Source of the DNA: a virus
Lineage: Duplodnaviria > Heunggongvirae > Uroviricota > Caudoviricetes
Direction: 5' to 3' (one strand)
IMG/VR virus record: IMGVR_UViG_2534681675_000025
Span: 1-57,091 of that record
Length of the DNA stretch: 57,091 nt
This document shows, piece by piece, positions 40,109 through 49,231 of this stretch (position 1 is its first letter; each line of letters opens with the position of its first letter). Under the pieces are notes generated by a model. The model ran no database searches. It was not told the DNA's origin and was given only the letters and a program-made list of their open reading frames with translations. The position numbers were made by a program, and so were the translations under genes.

Positions 40109-41161
40109 TTAGCTGTCGGCGAACTTCAGGCCAGTAACCATCGCGCACTTGCCATAGTCTTCAACGACATAAGCGTCATTGATGGACTGGTAGGTGGCGA
40201 TGCGGTTGTATTCCGGCTCGTCTTTCATCAGGCGACGCATTGAACCTTTCTGCCAGTAAATCGACAGGTTGTTGAACGAGGTGATCAGCATCATTGCATC
40301 CGGGAAGAACGGCGCAAGGAACACGCCCAGCCCGCCAATGGTGCGCGATGACAGGATGAGCTGCCCGGCGAGTAATTCCGCATTGGGATTCTGGCCGCTG
40401 ATGCTGTTCAGCACGGGCAGACGCAGCGAGTTAAACAGGTTGCGCCCCATAATCACCACGAGGTCGTCAGCTTCCTTGTGCCATTCATCCAGCAGGGATG
40501 AACGCGCGTCCTGTACCAGTGCATCAGCGTTCGCATACTTACCCGCGTGCGCCACGGTGTTGTCCATGTTGCGGGAGGTCAGCGTCACGTCATTCATAAC
40601 GCGTTCGCTGGCGTCGGTTCTGATGTGCTCCAGCCAGCCCACGTTAACGTCCTGAAGCAGCTTGTTGGTGCTGAAGTTGGACTCATCCGCGTGAGACGTG
40701 CCGTTGAAACCGATCATGATGCGGTCAAGCGCCACCTGTCGGGCAATCTGTGCGCTGATGCGGGACTGAAAATCAGGGTGTGCCGACCAGGCATCAAGCT
40801 TCGGATACGAAATAAACGTGTCGTAGTTCACCTGTTCGCACTGGTATTTGCGGTTTTTCAGATCAACCACGTTATTCGGGTTACGGCGTTTGGTGCCGTC
40901 ATAACTGGTATTCGTGCGCGCAATCGGTCCTGTGGTATCCGGGAGGATTTTTTCGCCTTTCTGGTCGGTCACGCCGATCACGTTAATTCTTTTCGTAAAT
41001 TCGGTACTTTCCTTTGAGGCGTTTTCAAAACGCTGCTGCACCGCGGGTTCCACGGTAAATCGCGATACCAGTGCAGATACCGGGATATTGTTAAGCGACG
41101 CCTGCTGCGCCATATAGCAACCCAGCTTGTTGCGGGTAATATCTGACATCACCAGATTCAT
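40109..41161 (-). CDS. N: Major capsid protein (gpN family), prophage 2
   Basis: 350 aa homologous to prophage 1 N. Confidence 0.9.
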   Translation of the reverse strand: MNLVMSDITRNKLGCYMAQQASLNNIPVSALVSRFTVEPAVQQRFENASKESTEFTKRINVIGVTDQKGEKILPDTTGPIARTNTSYDGTKRRNPNNVVDLKNRKYQCEQVNYDTFISYPKLDAWSAHPDFQSRISAQIARQVALDRIMIGFNGTSHADESNFSTNKLLQDVNVGWLEHIRTDASERVMNDVTLTSRNMDNTVAHAGKYANADALVQDARSSLLDEWHKEADDLVVIMGRNLFNSLRLPVLNSISGQNPNAELLAGQLILSSRTIGGLGVFLAPFFPDAMMLITSFNNLSIYWQKGSMRRLMKDEPEYNRIATYQSINDAYVVEDYGKCAMVTGLKFADS

Positions 41162-41184
41162 AAAAAATTTGCTCCTTTGTCTTA

Positions 41185-42021
41185 TCAGAAGTCAGCCAAC
41201 TGGTCGGAGGCTGCGCCCGTTGCGGGGAAGCGGTTCTGCGGATCGCCGTCCTGCGTGCGCAGTTTTTCCTTCAGTGCTGCCAGCTCTGTGGTCAGTGACG
41301 TGATTTTCTGGCGGTCCTGCTGATGGCGGGTTTCCAGCACATTAAAACGGTCGATAATGTCGGCCTGTGACGTTGCGACGCCTTCCACCGCTTCCTGAAT
41401 ACGGGAAAAACTGGCGTCATCCGCTTTGCGGCCACGGCCAATAATCCCCATTACGCGGTTAAACCACTGGGTGCCTTCTTCCTGGCGTTGTTCTGCCATT
41501 TCGATGATTTCAGACTCGATGGCTTCGGAGATAAGCGGTGCTTCACCCTGGATACTGTTGAACGTCATCACCGCCTGACGCTGCTGTGCCGTGAATTTCA
41601 GGCGCTCAGTGCCCAGGCTTGCCGGGGTGTCGGTCATCGCCAGCCCGACCAGATAGGCGCGCCCGTTAACGGAGAACTGCGGGTGCAGTTCGATACTGGA
41701 ATAGATTTTCTTGCCGTCAGCGACAAGCTGCTTCATGCGTTCGGTCGGTTCGATTTCTGCATACAGCGCAGTACGTCCGGCCAGCGGGCCTTCCGTAATA
41801 TCTTCCGTACTCAGCGCGGTGACATCGCCCATTGCGGAAAATTCGCTTGACGGGCATGGCGAGAGATAGTGCTCAACGTTCACGCGGGCAGCGTAAACAT
41901 CCGGGTTGAAGTTCTCGGCGGCTTCACGCAGATGTACCGGGCTGATTTCGCGGCCATCAACAGTTGATCCGGAGACAGCCACGCGAAACTTTTTGCGGGA
42001 TGTCTTTTTTTCATTAGCCAT
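41185..42021 (-). CDS. O: Capsid scaffolding protein (gpO family), prophage 2
   Basis: 278 aa; FRVAVSG...VNVEH...YLVGLAMTDTPASLGTE. Confidence 0.85.
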   Translation of the reverse strand: MANEKKTSRKKFRVAVSGSTVDGREISPVHLREAAENFNPDVYAARVNVEHYLSPCPSSEFSAMGDVTALSTEDITEGPLAGRTALYAEIEPTERMKQLVADGKKIYSSIELHPQFSVNGRAYLVGLAMTDTPASLGTERLKFTAQQRQAVMTFNSIQGEAPLISEAIESEIIEMAEQRQEEGTQWFNRVMGIIGRGRKADDASFSRIQEAVEGVATSQADIIDRFNVLETRHQQDRQKITSLTTELAALKEKLRTQDGDPQNRFPATGAASDQLADF

Positions 42022-42176
42022 AGTTTTTTGCCCCTCTGACTGGTTCTTCAGTCATGATGGCAAAGCGTAACAGGCTGATACAAAGGGCTTTTGTTGTAAG
42101 AAAACGGCCAGAACAGGGGGTTAAGGAGAACGGTTTCGCGCGCGGGTAATCTTCCTGTAATTACTCAGGGGGAGCA

Positions 42177-43928
42177 ATGATTCAGGACGCTTTTGTGCGC
42201 CAGCGTGCGCGGCAACTTTACTGGCAGGGGTATCCGCCCGCAGAAATATCACGTCTGATGGGAATAAACCCGAACACGATTTATGCGTGGAAAAAACGCG
42301 ACCAGTGGGATGAAACACCACCCGTGCAGCGTGTCACGCAGTCCATCGATGTGCGCCTCATCCAGCTTACTGAAAAACAGAATAAAACAGGCGGTGACTT
42401 TAAGGAAATAGACCTGCTGACCCGGCAGCTTAAAAAGCTGCATGATGGCCAGCCGGATGTGATGGCCGCAGGAAAGAAAGGCCGGGCGAAAAAACTCAAA
42501 AATCATTTCACGCCGGAACAGATTGCCGCACTGCGGGAAAAAATCATCAGCAGGCTGGAGTGGCATCAGCGGGGCTGGTTTGACTCCCTGACCCTTTGCA
42601 GGGAAGCCGGGATACGTAACAGGATGATCCTGAAATCCCGACAGATTGGGGCGACCTGGTATTTTGCACAGGAAGCACTGCTGATGGCGCTGCGTGACGA
42701 TGTGGCGCAGCCTTACCAGCGTAACCAGATTTTTTTGTCTGCGTCGCGTCGTCAGGCGTTCCAGTTTAAAAGCATTATTCAGAAGGCCGCGGCTGAAGTT
42801 GATGTGGAGCTGAAAGGGGGCGATAAAATCATCCTCTCCAACGGCGCAGAGCTGCATTTTCTCGGCACTTCTGCTGCGTCGGCACAGTCCTATACGGGCA
42901 ATTTTTATTTTGATGAATTTTTCTGGGTCAGTCGCTTTGCTGAACTGCGCAAGGTGGCTGGCGCTATGGCAACCCTCAGCGGACTGCGGCGCACCTACTT
43001 CTCCACGCCATCCACCGAAACGCACGAGGCATACGCCTACTGGAACGGCGACCGCTGGAACGAGAAAAAGGCCTCGCATAAACGCCAGCGTTTTTCTGTG
43101 GACTGGAAAACGCTGCATAACGGGCTTATCTGCCCTGACCGGACGTGGCGGCAAATTGTCACGCTGGAAGATGTGGTTAATCACGGCTGGAAACACACCG
43201 ATATCGACGAAATTCGTGATGAAAACACCGAAGACGAGTTCCTCAATCTCTATATGTGTGAGTTTGTCCGCGAAGGGGAATCGGCATTTAACCTGAATAT
43301 CCTGATTGGCTGCGGTGTTGACGGATACGACGACTGGAAAGACTGGAAACCTTTTGCTCCCCGCCCGATGGGGAATCGTCCGGTATGGATTGGGTATGAC
43401 GCAAACGGCAGCAGTGGCAACGGCGACAGCGGCGCTGTGTCCGTGGTGGTTCCTCCGGCTGTTCCTGGTGGCCGTTTTCGAACGGTGGAGACGCGACGCG
43501 TTCAGGGGCTGGAGTTTGAAGAACAGGCCAGAGTCATTGAAGATTTCACGTATCGCTACAACGTGGAACACATCGGCATTGATGTGACGGGCGGGAACGG
43601 GGAGGCTGTTTATCAGATAGTGAAACGGTTTTTCCCTGCCGCTATTCCGTACACCTTCACGCTGTCATCAAAACGGTCGCTGGTACTGAAAATGCTGCAA
43701 ATAATGCGTGCCGGGCGGTGGGAATACGATCGCGCCGAACGCGAGCTGGTCGCGGCCTTTAACGCCGTGCGTAAGGTGAAAACACCGGGCGGCTTTATCA
43801 CTTACGAAACGGACCGCGCGAGGGGGATCAGCCACGGCGACCTTGCGTGGGCAACCATGCTTGCTGTCATTAACGAACCAATTGGCGGCGAAGGAGAAAA
43901 CGAGCGTTTCACGGTTATGGAGTTCTGA
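42177..43928 (+). CDS. P: Terminase large (ATPase) subunit (gpP family), prophage 2
   Basis: 583 aa homologous to prophage 1 P. Confidence 0.9.
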   Translation: MIQDAFVRQRARQLYWQGYPPAEISRLMGINPNTIYAWKKRDQWDETPPVQRVTQSIDVRLIQLTEKQNKTGGDFKEIDLLTRQLKKLHDGQPDVMAAGKKGRAKKLKNHFTPEQIAALREKIISRLEWHQRGWFDSLTLCREAGIRNRMILKSRQIGATWYFAQEALLMALRDDVAQPYQRNQIFLSASRRQAFQFKSIIQKAAAEVDVELKGGDKIILSNGAELHFLGTSAASAQSYTGNFYFDEFFWVSRFAELRKVAGAMATLSGLRRTYFSTPSTETHEAYAYWNGDRWNEKKASHKRQRFSVDWKTLHNGLICPDRTWRQIVTLEDVVNHGWKHTDIDEIRDENTEDEFLNLYMCEFVREGESAFNLNILIGCGVDGYDDWKDWKPFAPRPMGNRPVWIGYDANGSSGNGDSGAVSVVVPPAVPGGRFRTVETRRVQGLEFEEQARVIEDFTYRYNVEHIGIDVTGGNGEAVYQIVKRFFPAAIPYTFTLSSKRSLVLKMLQIMRAGRWEYDRAERELVAAFNAVRKVKTPGGFITYETDRARGISHGDLAWATMLAVINEPIGGEGENERFTVMEF

Positions 43929-44974
43929 TGAGCAGAAAAAATAAAAAAGTGCGCATGAGTTCACGCATTGATCTCGCTGATGCACTCAGGAAAGAATCGT
44001 CGCTCAGTGCATTCACTTTTGATGGTCCTTATCGCCTGACCGGGCATGATTTGCTGGACAATATGTACTGTGCTGATAACGGGCGGTGGTATGAAACCCC
44101 GGTGGACTGGTACGGTCTGGCAAGAGCCGCCCGGCAAACGTCCTGGCATCAGTCTGCGCTTTACTTTAAGCGCAATGTATTGCTCGGTTGCTACATCCCG
44201 CACCCGCTGCTTTCCCGGCAGGATTTCTCGGCGCTGGCGCTGGACTGGTTTGTGTTCGGTAACGCATTCCTTGAGCTTCGAAGCAATATGCTCGGCGAAC
44301 CGCTTAAATTACGGCACGCCCTGGCGAAATACATGCGACGCGGAAGCGATCTTGAATCATGGTGGTATGTGCAGGATGGCAAGGACGCGTTTCAGTTTCG
44401 CCCAGGCAAAGTGTGCCACCTGATGAATCCTGACATTAACCAGGAAATCTACGGCATGCCGGAATATCTCGGCGCATTACTCTCGGCCAGCCTGTCTCAT
44501 TCGGCGGACATGTTCAGAAAACTGTATTACGACAACGGATCCCACGCCGGGTGCATCATCTACATCGGTGCAGCGCAGGTAAACCGTGAAAGCATGGACT
44601 CCCTGAAAGAAACGCTACAGGGTGCACGTGGTGGTGGTGCGTTTAAAAACGTGCTCATTCATGCGCCCAACGGGGGCAAAGAAGGTGTGCAAATTTTGCC
44701 GTTCCAGCAGATCACCGCAAAGGATGAGTTCATGAATGTTAAGTCGGCATCCCGTGATGATGTGCTGGCTGCGCACCGCGTTCCGCCGCAACTGATGGGG
44801 GCGATGCCGGGCGAAAAAAGTGCGTTTGGTGATGTGGAAAAGGCCGCGCGGGTTTACGCAATTAACGAGCTGATGCCTGTCATGGAGGCCATGAAGCACA
44901 TCAATGACTGGCTTGGCGAAGAGGTGATCCGTTTTAATTCTTATGCTCTTCTTGATGAAAAAACAGCCCCGTGA
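43928..44974 (+). CDS. Q: Portal protein (gpQ family), prophage 2
   Basis: 348 aa homologous to prophage 1 Q. Confidence 0.9.
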   Translation: MSRKNKKVRMSSRIDLADALRKESSLSAFTFDGPYRLTGHDLLDNMYCADNGRWYETPVDWYGLARAARQTSWHQSALYFKRNVLLGCYIPHPLLSRQDFSALALDWFVFGNAFLELRSNMLGEPLKLRHALAKYMRRGSDLESWWYVQDGKDAFQFRPGKVCHLMNPDINQEIYGMPEYLGALLSASLSHSADMFRKLYYDNGSHAGCIIYIGAAQVNRESMDSLKETLQGARGGGAFKNVLIHAPNGGKEGVQILPFQQITAKDEFMNVKSASRDDVLAAHRVPPQLMGAMPGEKSAFGDVEKAARVYAINELMPVMEAMKHINDWLGEEVIRFNSYALLDEKTAP

Positions 44975-44990
44975 TGGGGCTGTCCTTTTT
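44962..44990. terminator. Bidirectional hairpin between convergent Q and the adjacent inserted gene
   Basis: acagcccc-gtga-tggggctgt stem flanked by an A-run and a T-run; Q stop codon lies in the loop. Confidence 0.5.
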
Positions 44991-45513
44991 ACCAGAGTTG
45001 AACCATTTTCTGGGTGCCGTCAGGCTTGAGATTATCAATTTCAGAGAGAACGTAATATTGAATGGCTTCACAAACGGTGGTGTATGGTGAATTACCTTCT
45101 TTAAGTGGCACGATATTATTATTAACGCGAACCTGTATTTCATCGTTATACATTGCGATCGAAAGAGGAGTATGCACGAACGCGACTTCGCCAGGTGTGT
45201 CGTCAACCACTGTCTCAATGCTGAAAATCAGTTTTCGCTCATCATTGCTGCCTCTTGCTTTGGGGGTTGCGGCAGGAATCTGGGATAAAGGCATTCTGCG
45301 AAATCCTTCGGCCGTTTCCAGTCCGCATGAAACGTAATGCTGGCGATTACCGTCGATATCTGTCCACGTTTGTGACGGCAGATCCAGCGAGATTTCATAA
45401 GCATCAACAATTCCCTGGGCAAGGCGTACAAGCGGGGTCAGGTCTTCATTGCGGCGAAAGCTCTCCTTTACCTGCTCTCGTTTTTCTCTTAACTGCTTGT
45501 AATTAATGACCAT
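44989..45513 (-). CDS. Hypothetical protein inserted next to Q (convergent), prophage 2
   Basis: ATG at 45513 preceded by GGAGG; about 174 aa; no recognisable motif. Confidence 0.6.
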   Translation of the reverse strand: MVINYKQLREKREQVKESFRRNEDLTPLVRLAQGIVDAYEISLDLPSQTWTDIDGNRQHYVSCGLETAEGFRRMPLSQIPAATPKARGSNDERKLIFSIETVVDDTPGEVAFVHTPLSIAMYNDEIQVRVNNNIVPLKEGNSPYTTVCEAIQYYVLSEIDNLKPDGTQKMVQLW

Positions 45514-46010
45514 AAGACAGCCTCCATTGATTTCTTTGCTCGTATTTTGCACTTATGAAGTGTGGTCGGCAAGGTGCCGTATCGCTGACGCGCTTCGCTT
45601 GTCTGCTGCTTCGCCGGGGCATAAAAAATTTATGCCCCGACTCTCCAGCTCCTGTATCAATCAGATAATTTCACGACGTCTTCCAACTTATCGCCATCAT
45701 CGACGGCCAGACTCTTACGCAATCCCATCGCGCTGATAGCATGTTCTCACTGCCTCAGTGCGATTTTGACGGCCTTATCTGTTATCCCATCAAATCAGAC
45801 CCCTTACGTCTTTTTCACGCTCAGCGTGAGCGATACAGCCATTCTGTTGTGTCACTGCGACATCGTTCAGGGAATGCTATCCCCCCCCTGAAACGCGGGC
45901 TGTTCCCCCGTCACCTGCGCGCAGAAAAAACGCGTTTTTTTGTGCACGCACGGATCCTTGACGGATCCAGCCGCCACGGGGGCCGGAAGGGCAAAAAGTC
46001 GTTCAAAAAA

Positions 46011-46040
46011 ATTGTGCAAATTTGTGCACTATTGTGCATT
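46011..46040. repeat. Three TTGTGCA half-site repeats at about 10-bp spacing (candidate operator or packaging-recognition repeats)
   Basis: attgtgcaaatttgtgcactattgtgcatt; followed by a hairpin (aaacgccctggaagagggcgtttt, 46043-46068). Confidence 0.4.
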
Positions 46041-46078
46041 AAAATAAACGCCCTGGAAGAGGGCGTTTTGGCTCATTT

Positions 46079-46339
46079 CTATAGCTTTGATGCAGGCTGG
46101 GCTAGATGCAAGGGTTGGACATACCAGCCTTTTGATAACCAACTCTCTGCAACCTCTTTACTCCTTGTTATTGCTGGTATTCCGATGCCGTTATTTACAT
46201 GCATCCATGCTACTGGCTCTGCTTCCAGTGATGCCAGTGCAATTTCATAAGCACGGCGCTCAATATTGTCTCGAACGTCCAGGCTGCCTATGCGCTCTTT
46301 GATTTCTTTAATCAGTTCTTTGTCGGTGAAAGTTGTCAT
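46079..46339 (-). CDS. Hypothetical protein
   Basis: 86-aa ORF in the operon downstream of A. Confidence 0.5.
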   Translation of the reverse strand: MTTFTDKELIKEIKERIGSLDVRDNIERRAYEIALASLEAEPVAWMHVNNGIGIPAITRSKEVAESWLSKGWYVQPLHLAQPASKL

Positions 46340-46349
46340 GTGTTAGTCC

Positions 46350-46613
46350 TTATCCTGCTGTGCTTTCAACTGATGAGGGGAACAAAATCTTTTCATCAAA
46401 CCCTGCATTCATATCATGAACAGCAACACACCAATCCATTGACGAACGATTATCAAGAGCCTCCATGATTTCATCCATGCGGCGCAGGTCATACAGGTAA
46501 ATGCTTTTATCGCCAATGGTGTAAAAACCAATTTTTTTCGGTGATGGGCAGCGATCAAGAACGTCCTGTAATTCATTCAACCATGCCCGTTCTTTTTTTG
46601 TTAAAGTTGCCAT
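46350..46613 (-). CDS. Hypothetical protein
   Basis: 87-aa ORF, translationally coupled to the upstream gene. Confidence 0.5.
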   Translation of the reverse strand: MATLTKKERAWLNELQDVLDRCPSPKKIGFYTIGDKSIYLYDLRRMDEIMEALDNRSSMDWCVAVHDMNAGFDEKILFPSSVESTAG

Positions 46614-46614
46614 A

Positions 46615-47106
46615 TCACTCTCCTTTGATGCGAATGCCAGTGGTACTCATTCTCCTGATTTCCCAGAGCACACGAGGAACACCACCGTTTCCGACCGGAT
46701 CGCGTTTACTCCGCAGGGCGACGCTTGATTCCGCCCAGCTTTTTCTTGGAGGAAGCTCTTTCACACGAACAAAACCAGCTGCGCGAAGAGATGCTCCTGA
46801 TTCATCTGCCTGGGTGTACGTAATACAACGTTGATAACCCATAGCTTTTGCTGCCCGCCAGACAGCACCATAAAGCGCGCTGTTAGCGTTGCGTTCTCCT
46901 GTGGTACATGTGCGATTTACTTCAAGCGTTAATCCATCGTCCAAATGTCGTGCAACAGGTCGACCGGCTGTCGCCACACCTATCAATTCTCCGGCATCAT
47001 TTCTCAGACCAATGCTGAATTTATGCCCCACCGGGGGTTTATTGTGTCGGTGATGTCTGGATATAAACGCCTTCGCAACACGAAGAGTAACCGGTGAAAT
47101 TTGCAT
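46615..47106 (-). CDS. Hypothetical protein; start taken at MQISPVTL
   Basis: ATG at 47106 preceded by AAGGAGAG and overlapping the upstream stop. Confidence 0.5.
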   Translation of the reverse strand: MQISPVTLRVAKAFISRHHRHNKPPVGHKFSIGLRNDAGELIGVATAGRPVARHLDDGLTLEVNRTCTTGERNANSALYGAVWRAAKAMGYQRCITYTQADESGASLRAAGFVRVKELPPRKSWAESSVALRSKRDPVGNGGVPRVLWEIRRMSTTGIRIKGE

Positions 47107-47108
47107 TC

Positions 47109-47423
47109 TCACTCTCCTTTGATGCCAATGTTTACAGTCTGGCAAGCTTCTCTGAGCACCCAGTCAACAGCGTCTTTCCATGCTCCGGTTTCGGTTGGCG
47201 GATTCTCACGCTTTACCAGTTCATAGAAACGTACTGCTCTAACCAGTCCATCTGACGGTTTTGCCTGTAGTGCAGCCTGAGCTATACGGTATGCCTGGAG
47301 CATACGGGCGTCGTTGATATCCATTCCGAACGGAATTTCTGATGATCGTGATTCTGCATCTTCAAGCCTGGCAATTTCTTTACGTAAAAAGTATTTCAAC
47401 TCTTGTTTTTGTTTTCTGTTCAT
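47109..47423 (-). CDS. Hypothetical protein
   Basis: 104-aa ORF. Confidence 0.5.
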   Translation of the reverse strand: MNRKQKQELKYFLRKEIARLEDAESRSSEIPFGMDINDARMLQAYRIAQAALQAKPSDGLVRAVRFYELVKRENPPTETGAWKDAVDWVLREACQTVNIGIKGE

Positions 47424-47752
47424 GTGTTTTTTCCCTTTTTGTCTGCCACTTCTCTCCTGATAATTTCATTGCACAAATCCACGCACTCATTGCAGATGTA
47501 AACAGACGGTCCAGCAATCACCTTTGTGACTTCGTACTGGGATTTATTGCAGAAGCTGCAATAAATCGTTTCCTCGCCTGAAGCCCATGTTTTGCTGGTT
47601 TTGCCAGACATCAGTTGTTTGAGGTCTTTTTCACGACGAAGAACTATCTGGCCACATTCAGCTATTTTTTGGATGTTGACATTTTCTTCTTGCGCCAGCG
47701 CTTCCATCCGCTCAATCAGTCGCTGCGCTTTTTCTCTGTCAATGTGTTGCAT
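47420..47752 (-). CDS. Small protein with ClpX-type C4 zinc-binding domain at C-terminus
   Basis: [39 protein letters not shown] closely resembles the ClpX N-terminal zinc-binding domain (recalled as [39 protein letters not shown]). Confidence 0.65.
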   Translation of the reverse strand: MQHIDREKAQRLIERMEALAQEENVNIQKIAECGQIVLRREKDLKQLMSGKTSKTWASGEETIYCSFCNKSQYEVTKVIAGPSVYICNECVDLCNEIIRREVADKKGKNT

Positions 47753-47815
47753 TGTGTCCCCCTTGTTTATGTTCCCGGGTTAAAGTCATCAGGGCGGATG
47801 CGCCCTGATGTTGTG

Positions 47816-48127
47816 TTATTCGGGAAATAACGCCCGGATATTTCCGGCCATCTGACTGGTTATCTGTGCGGTTGGTGCTGGCTGTGACACGGGGCGTTCT
47901 GTCCTGGTTTGTGTCAGGGATAACGCTTCATCGTCAGCCCATGCAGCCAGTCGGTAAGCCTCTGCCGGATTAATTTTCATAAGTGCCAGTCCGGCCAGAA
48001 AAGCCACACGTTGACCACTTTTGCGGGCTTCTGGTGTAAGGCTGTCCAGCCAGGCGCATGCTTTGCCTTCGTTCTTGACGGCGGCGGGCTTCAGATAGAA
48101 ACTTATCCGTCTGGTTGGTGTCGTCAT
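47816..48127 (-). CDS. parR: ParR-like ribbon-helix-helix partition adaptor
   Basis: Start ATG 48127 after AAGGAG, overlapping parM stop; RRISFYLKP...LDSLTPEARKSGQRVAFLAGLAL parallels plasmid R1 ParR (RTIAFKLNP...LDSIPQGERSRLNRAALTAGLAL). Confidence 0.65.
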   Translation of the reverse strand: MTTPTRRISFYLKPAAVKNEGKACAWLDSLTPEARKSGQRVAFLAGLALMKINPAEAYRLAAWADDEALSLTQTRTERPVSQPAPTAQITSQMAGNIRALFPE

Positions 48128-48131
48128 TGGT

Positions 48132-49091
48132 TTACTCCTTGTCCATTGCGTACAGCCCATTAACCAGAGCAAACTGTGGCACCCCGTCCGCGATGAAAGT
48201 CGCATTAACTCCGCAGGCTTCGCGGATAGCGGGTGCCACAATCTCCGCCCCGCCACCGACAACCATCACCCGCCCGTAACCCGAAAAACCCGCCAGCGCG
48301 CGGATCACGCGTTGTTTCAGTGTTTCTTCCTTTTCACGAATAACCGCCATCAGGCTGTTGTAATGCGCGTCATTGTGGATGTGCTGGCGCAGCCAGGCTT
48401 CATCATGGCGATGTTCGATAATGGTATTGGCGATGTGGTGACTGGTACGCATACCGTTAGTGGCCATCACCGACAGTACGGCATCGGCCATCAGGGAAAC
48501 GCCTACGTGTGGATCGCAAAACACCTGGCTGATACCTGCCAGTTGTCCCTGAACCTTTGCCACATCCAGCGTGGTTCCGCCTAAATCCACAATCAGCAGG
48601 GATTCAAACGGACTCATGTCAGCCAGTGCTTTAAAGCCAGCCGGAATGGATTCAGGCATAACCCGCACGTTACGGATAGTGAATGCCTCACCGTTCTGGT
48701 ACTCCACCGGGCGCATAACGTTCGCTTTTTTGCGGTTGATGTTGGCCATGTCCGGCTGTGCGTTTGTGTCGAAATACTCGCTCAGTGGCAGGGTGACAAC
48801 CACATCCACCTCCTGTGGTGTGATGCCTGATTTGACCAGCGCGTGGTGAATGGCGATTACATTCACATCGCTGTACTGGTATTGCGTGTCGGTCGTCTGG
48901 ACAAAGCGATCGCTGACCGGATCAAAACCATAGCGCACGCCATCAAGCATGTAGTTCGCAGGCTGCGAGCCACCGAACGGCGCAGACCATTCCGACTTGA
49001 AGCTGTTCGGGCTGATGGCGTTGCGGCGTTCGCTGTTCTCAGTCCATGCCAGCTTGATGTTGGTGGAGCCGTCGTCGATACAAATTTTCAT
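48132..49091 (-). CDS. parM: ParM/StbA-like actin-type segregation ATPase
   Basis: 319 aa; MKICIDDGSTNIKLAW..., SDVNVIAIHHAL, IRNVRVMPESIPAG, LLIVDLGGTTLD, VMVVGGGAE match plasmid R1 ParM throughout. Confidence 0.85.
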   Translation of the reverse strand: MKICIDDGSTNIKLAWTENSERRNAISPNSFKSEWSAPFGGSQPANYMLDGVRYGFDPVSDRFVQTTDTQYQYSDVNVIAIHHALVKSGITPQEVDVVVTLPLSEYFDTNAQPDMANINRKKANVMRPVEYQNGEAFTIRNVRVMPESIPAGFKALADMSPFESLLIVDLGGTTLDVAKVQGQLAGISQVFCDPHVGVSLMADAVLSVMATNGMRTSHHIANTIIEHRHDEAWLRQHIHNDAHYNSLMAVIREKEETLKQRVIRALAGFSGYGRVMVVGGGAEIVAPAIREACGVNATFIADGVPQFALVNGLYAMDKE

Positions 49092-49120
49092 GTCGCTTTT
49101 CCTTATGTTGATTAATTAAT

Positions 49121-49231
49121 CGTTTACGGGGTTTTTAAATCCCGTTTTTGCCTGTTTTATGCGCGCTTCATATATCGCGGCGCGTTTTTTGCTCATTTAC
49201 GGGATTTGTGAATCCCGTTTCTGTCTGTTTT
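49121..49231. repeat. Two 38-bp repeat units each containing an 8-bp-arm palindrome (ACGGGRTT-N4-AATCCCGT), upstream of parM; candidate parC-like centromere
   Basis: Units at 49121-49158 and 49194-49231 (cgtttacggggtttttaaatcccgtttttgcctgtttt and catttacgggatttgtgaatcccgtttctgtctgtttt). Confidence 0.45.

Noticed and set aside
42249-43571. 440-aa minus-strand ORF opposite prophage 2 terminase P
   Set aside because: Antisense to a conserved terminase gene.
45741-46250. 169-aa plus-strand ORF in the prophage 2 intergenic region
   Set aside because: Spans a repeat/hairpin-rich non-coding region and overlaps a minus-strand gene; no RBS; likely non-coding.
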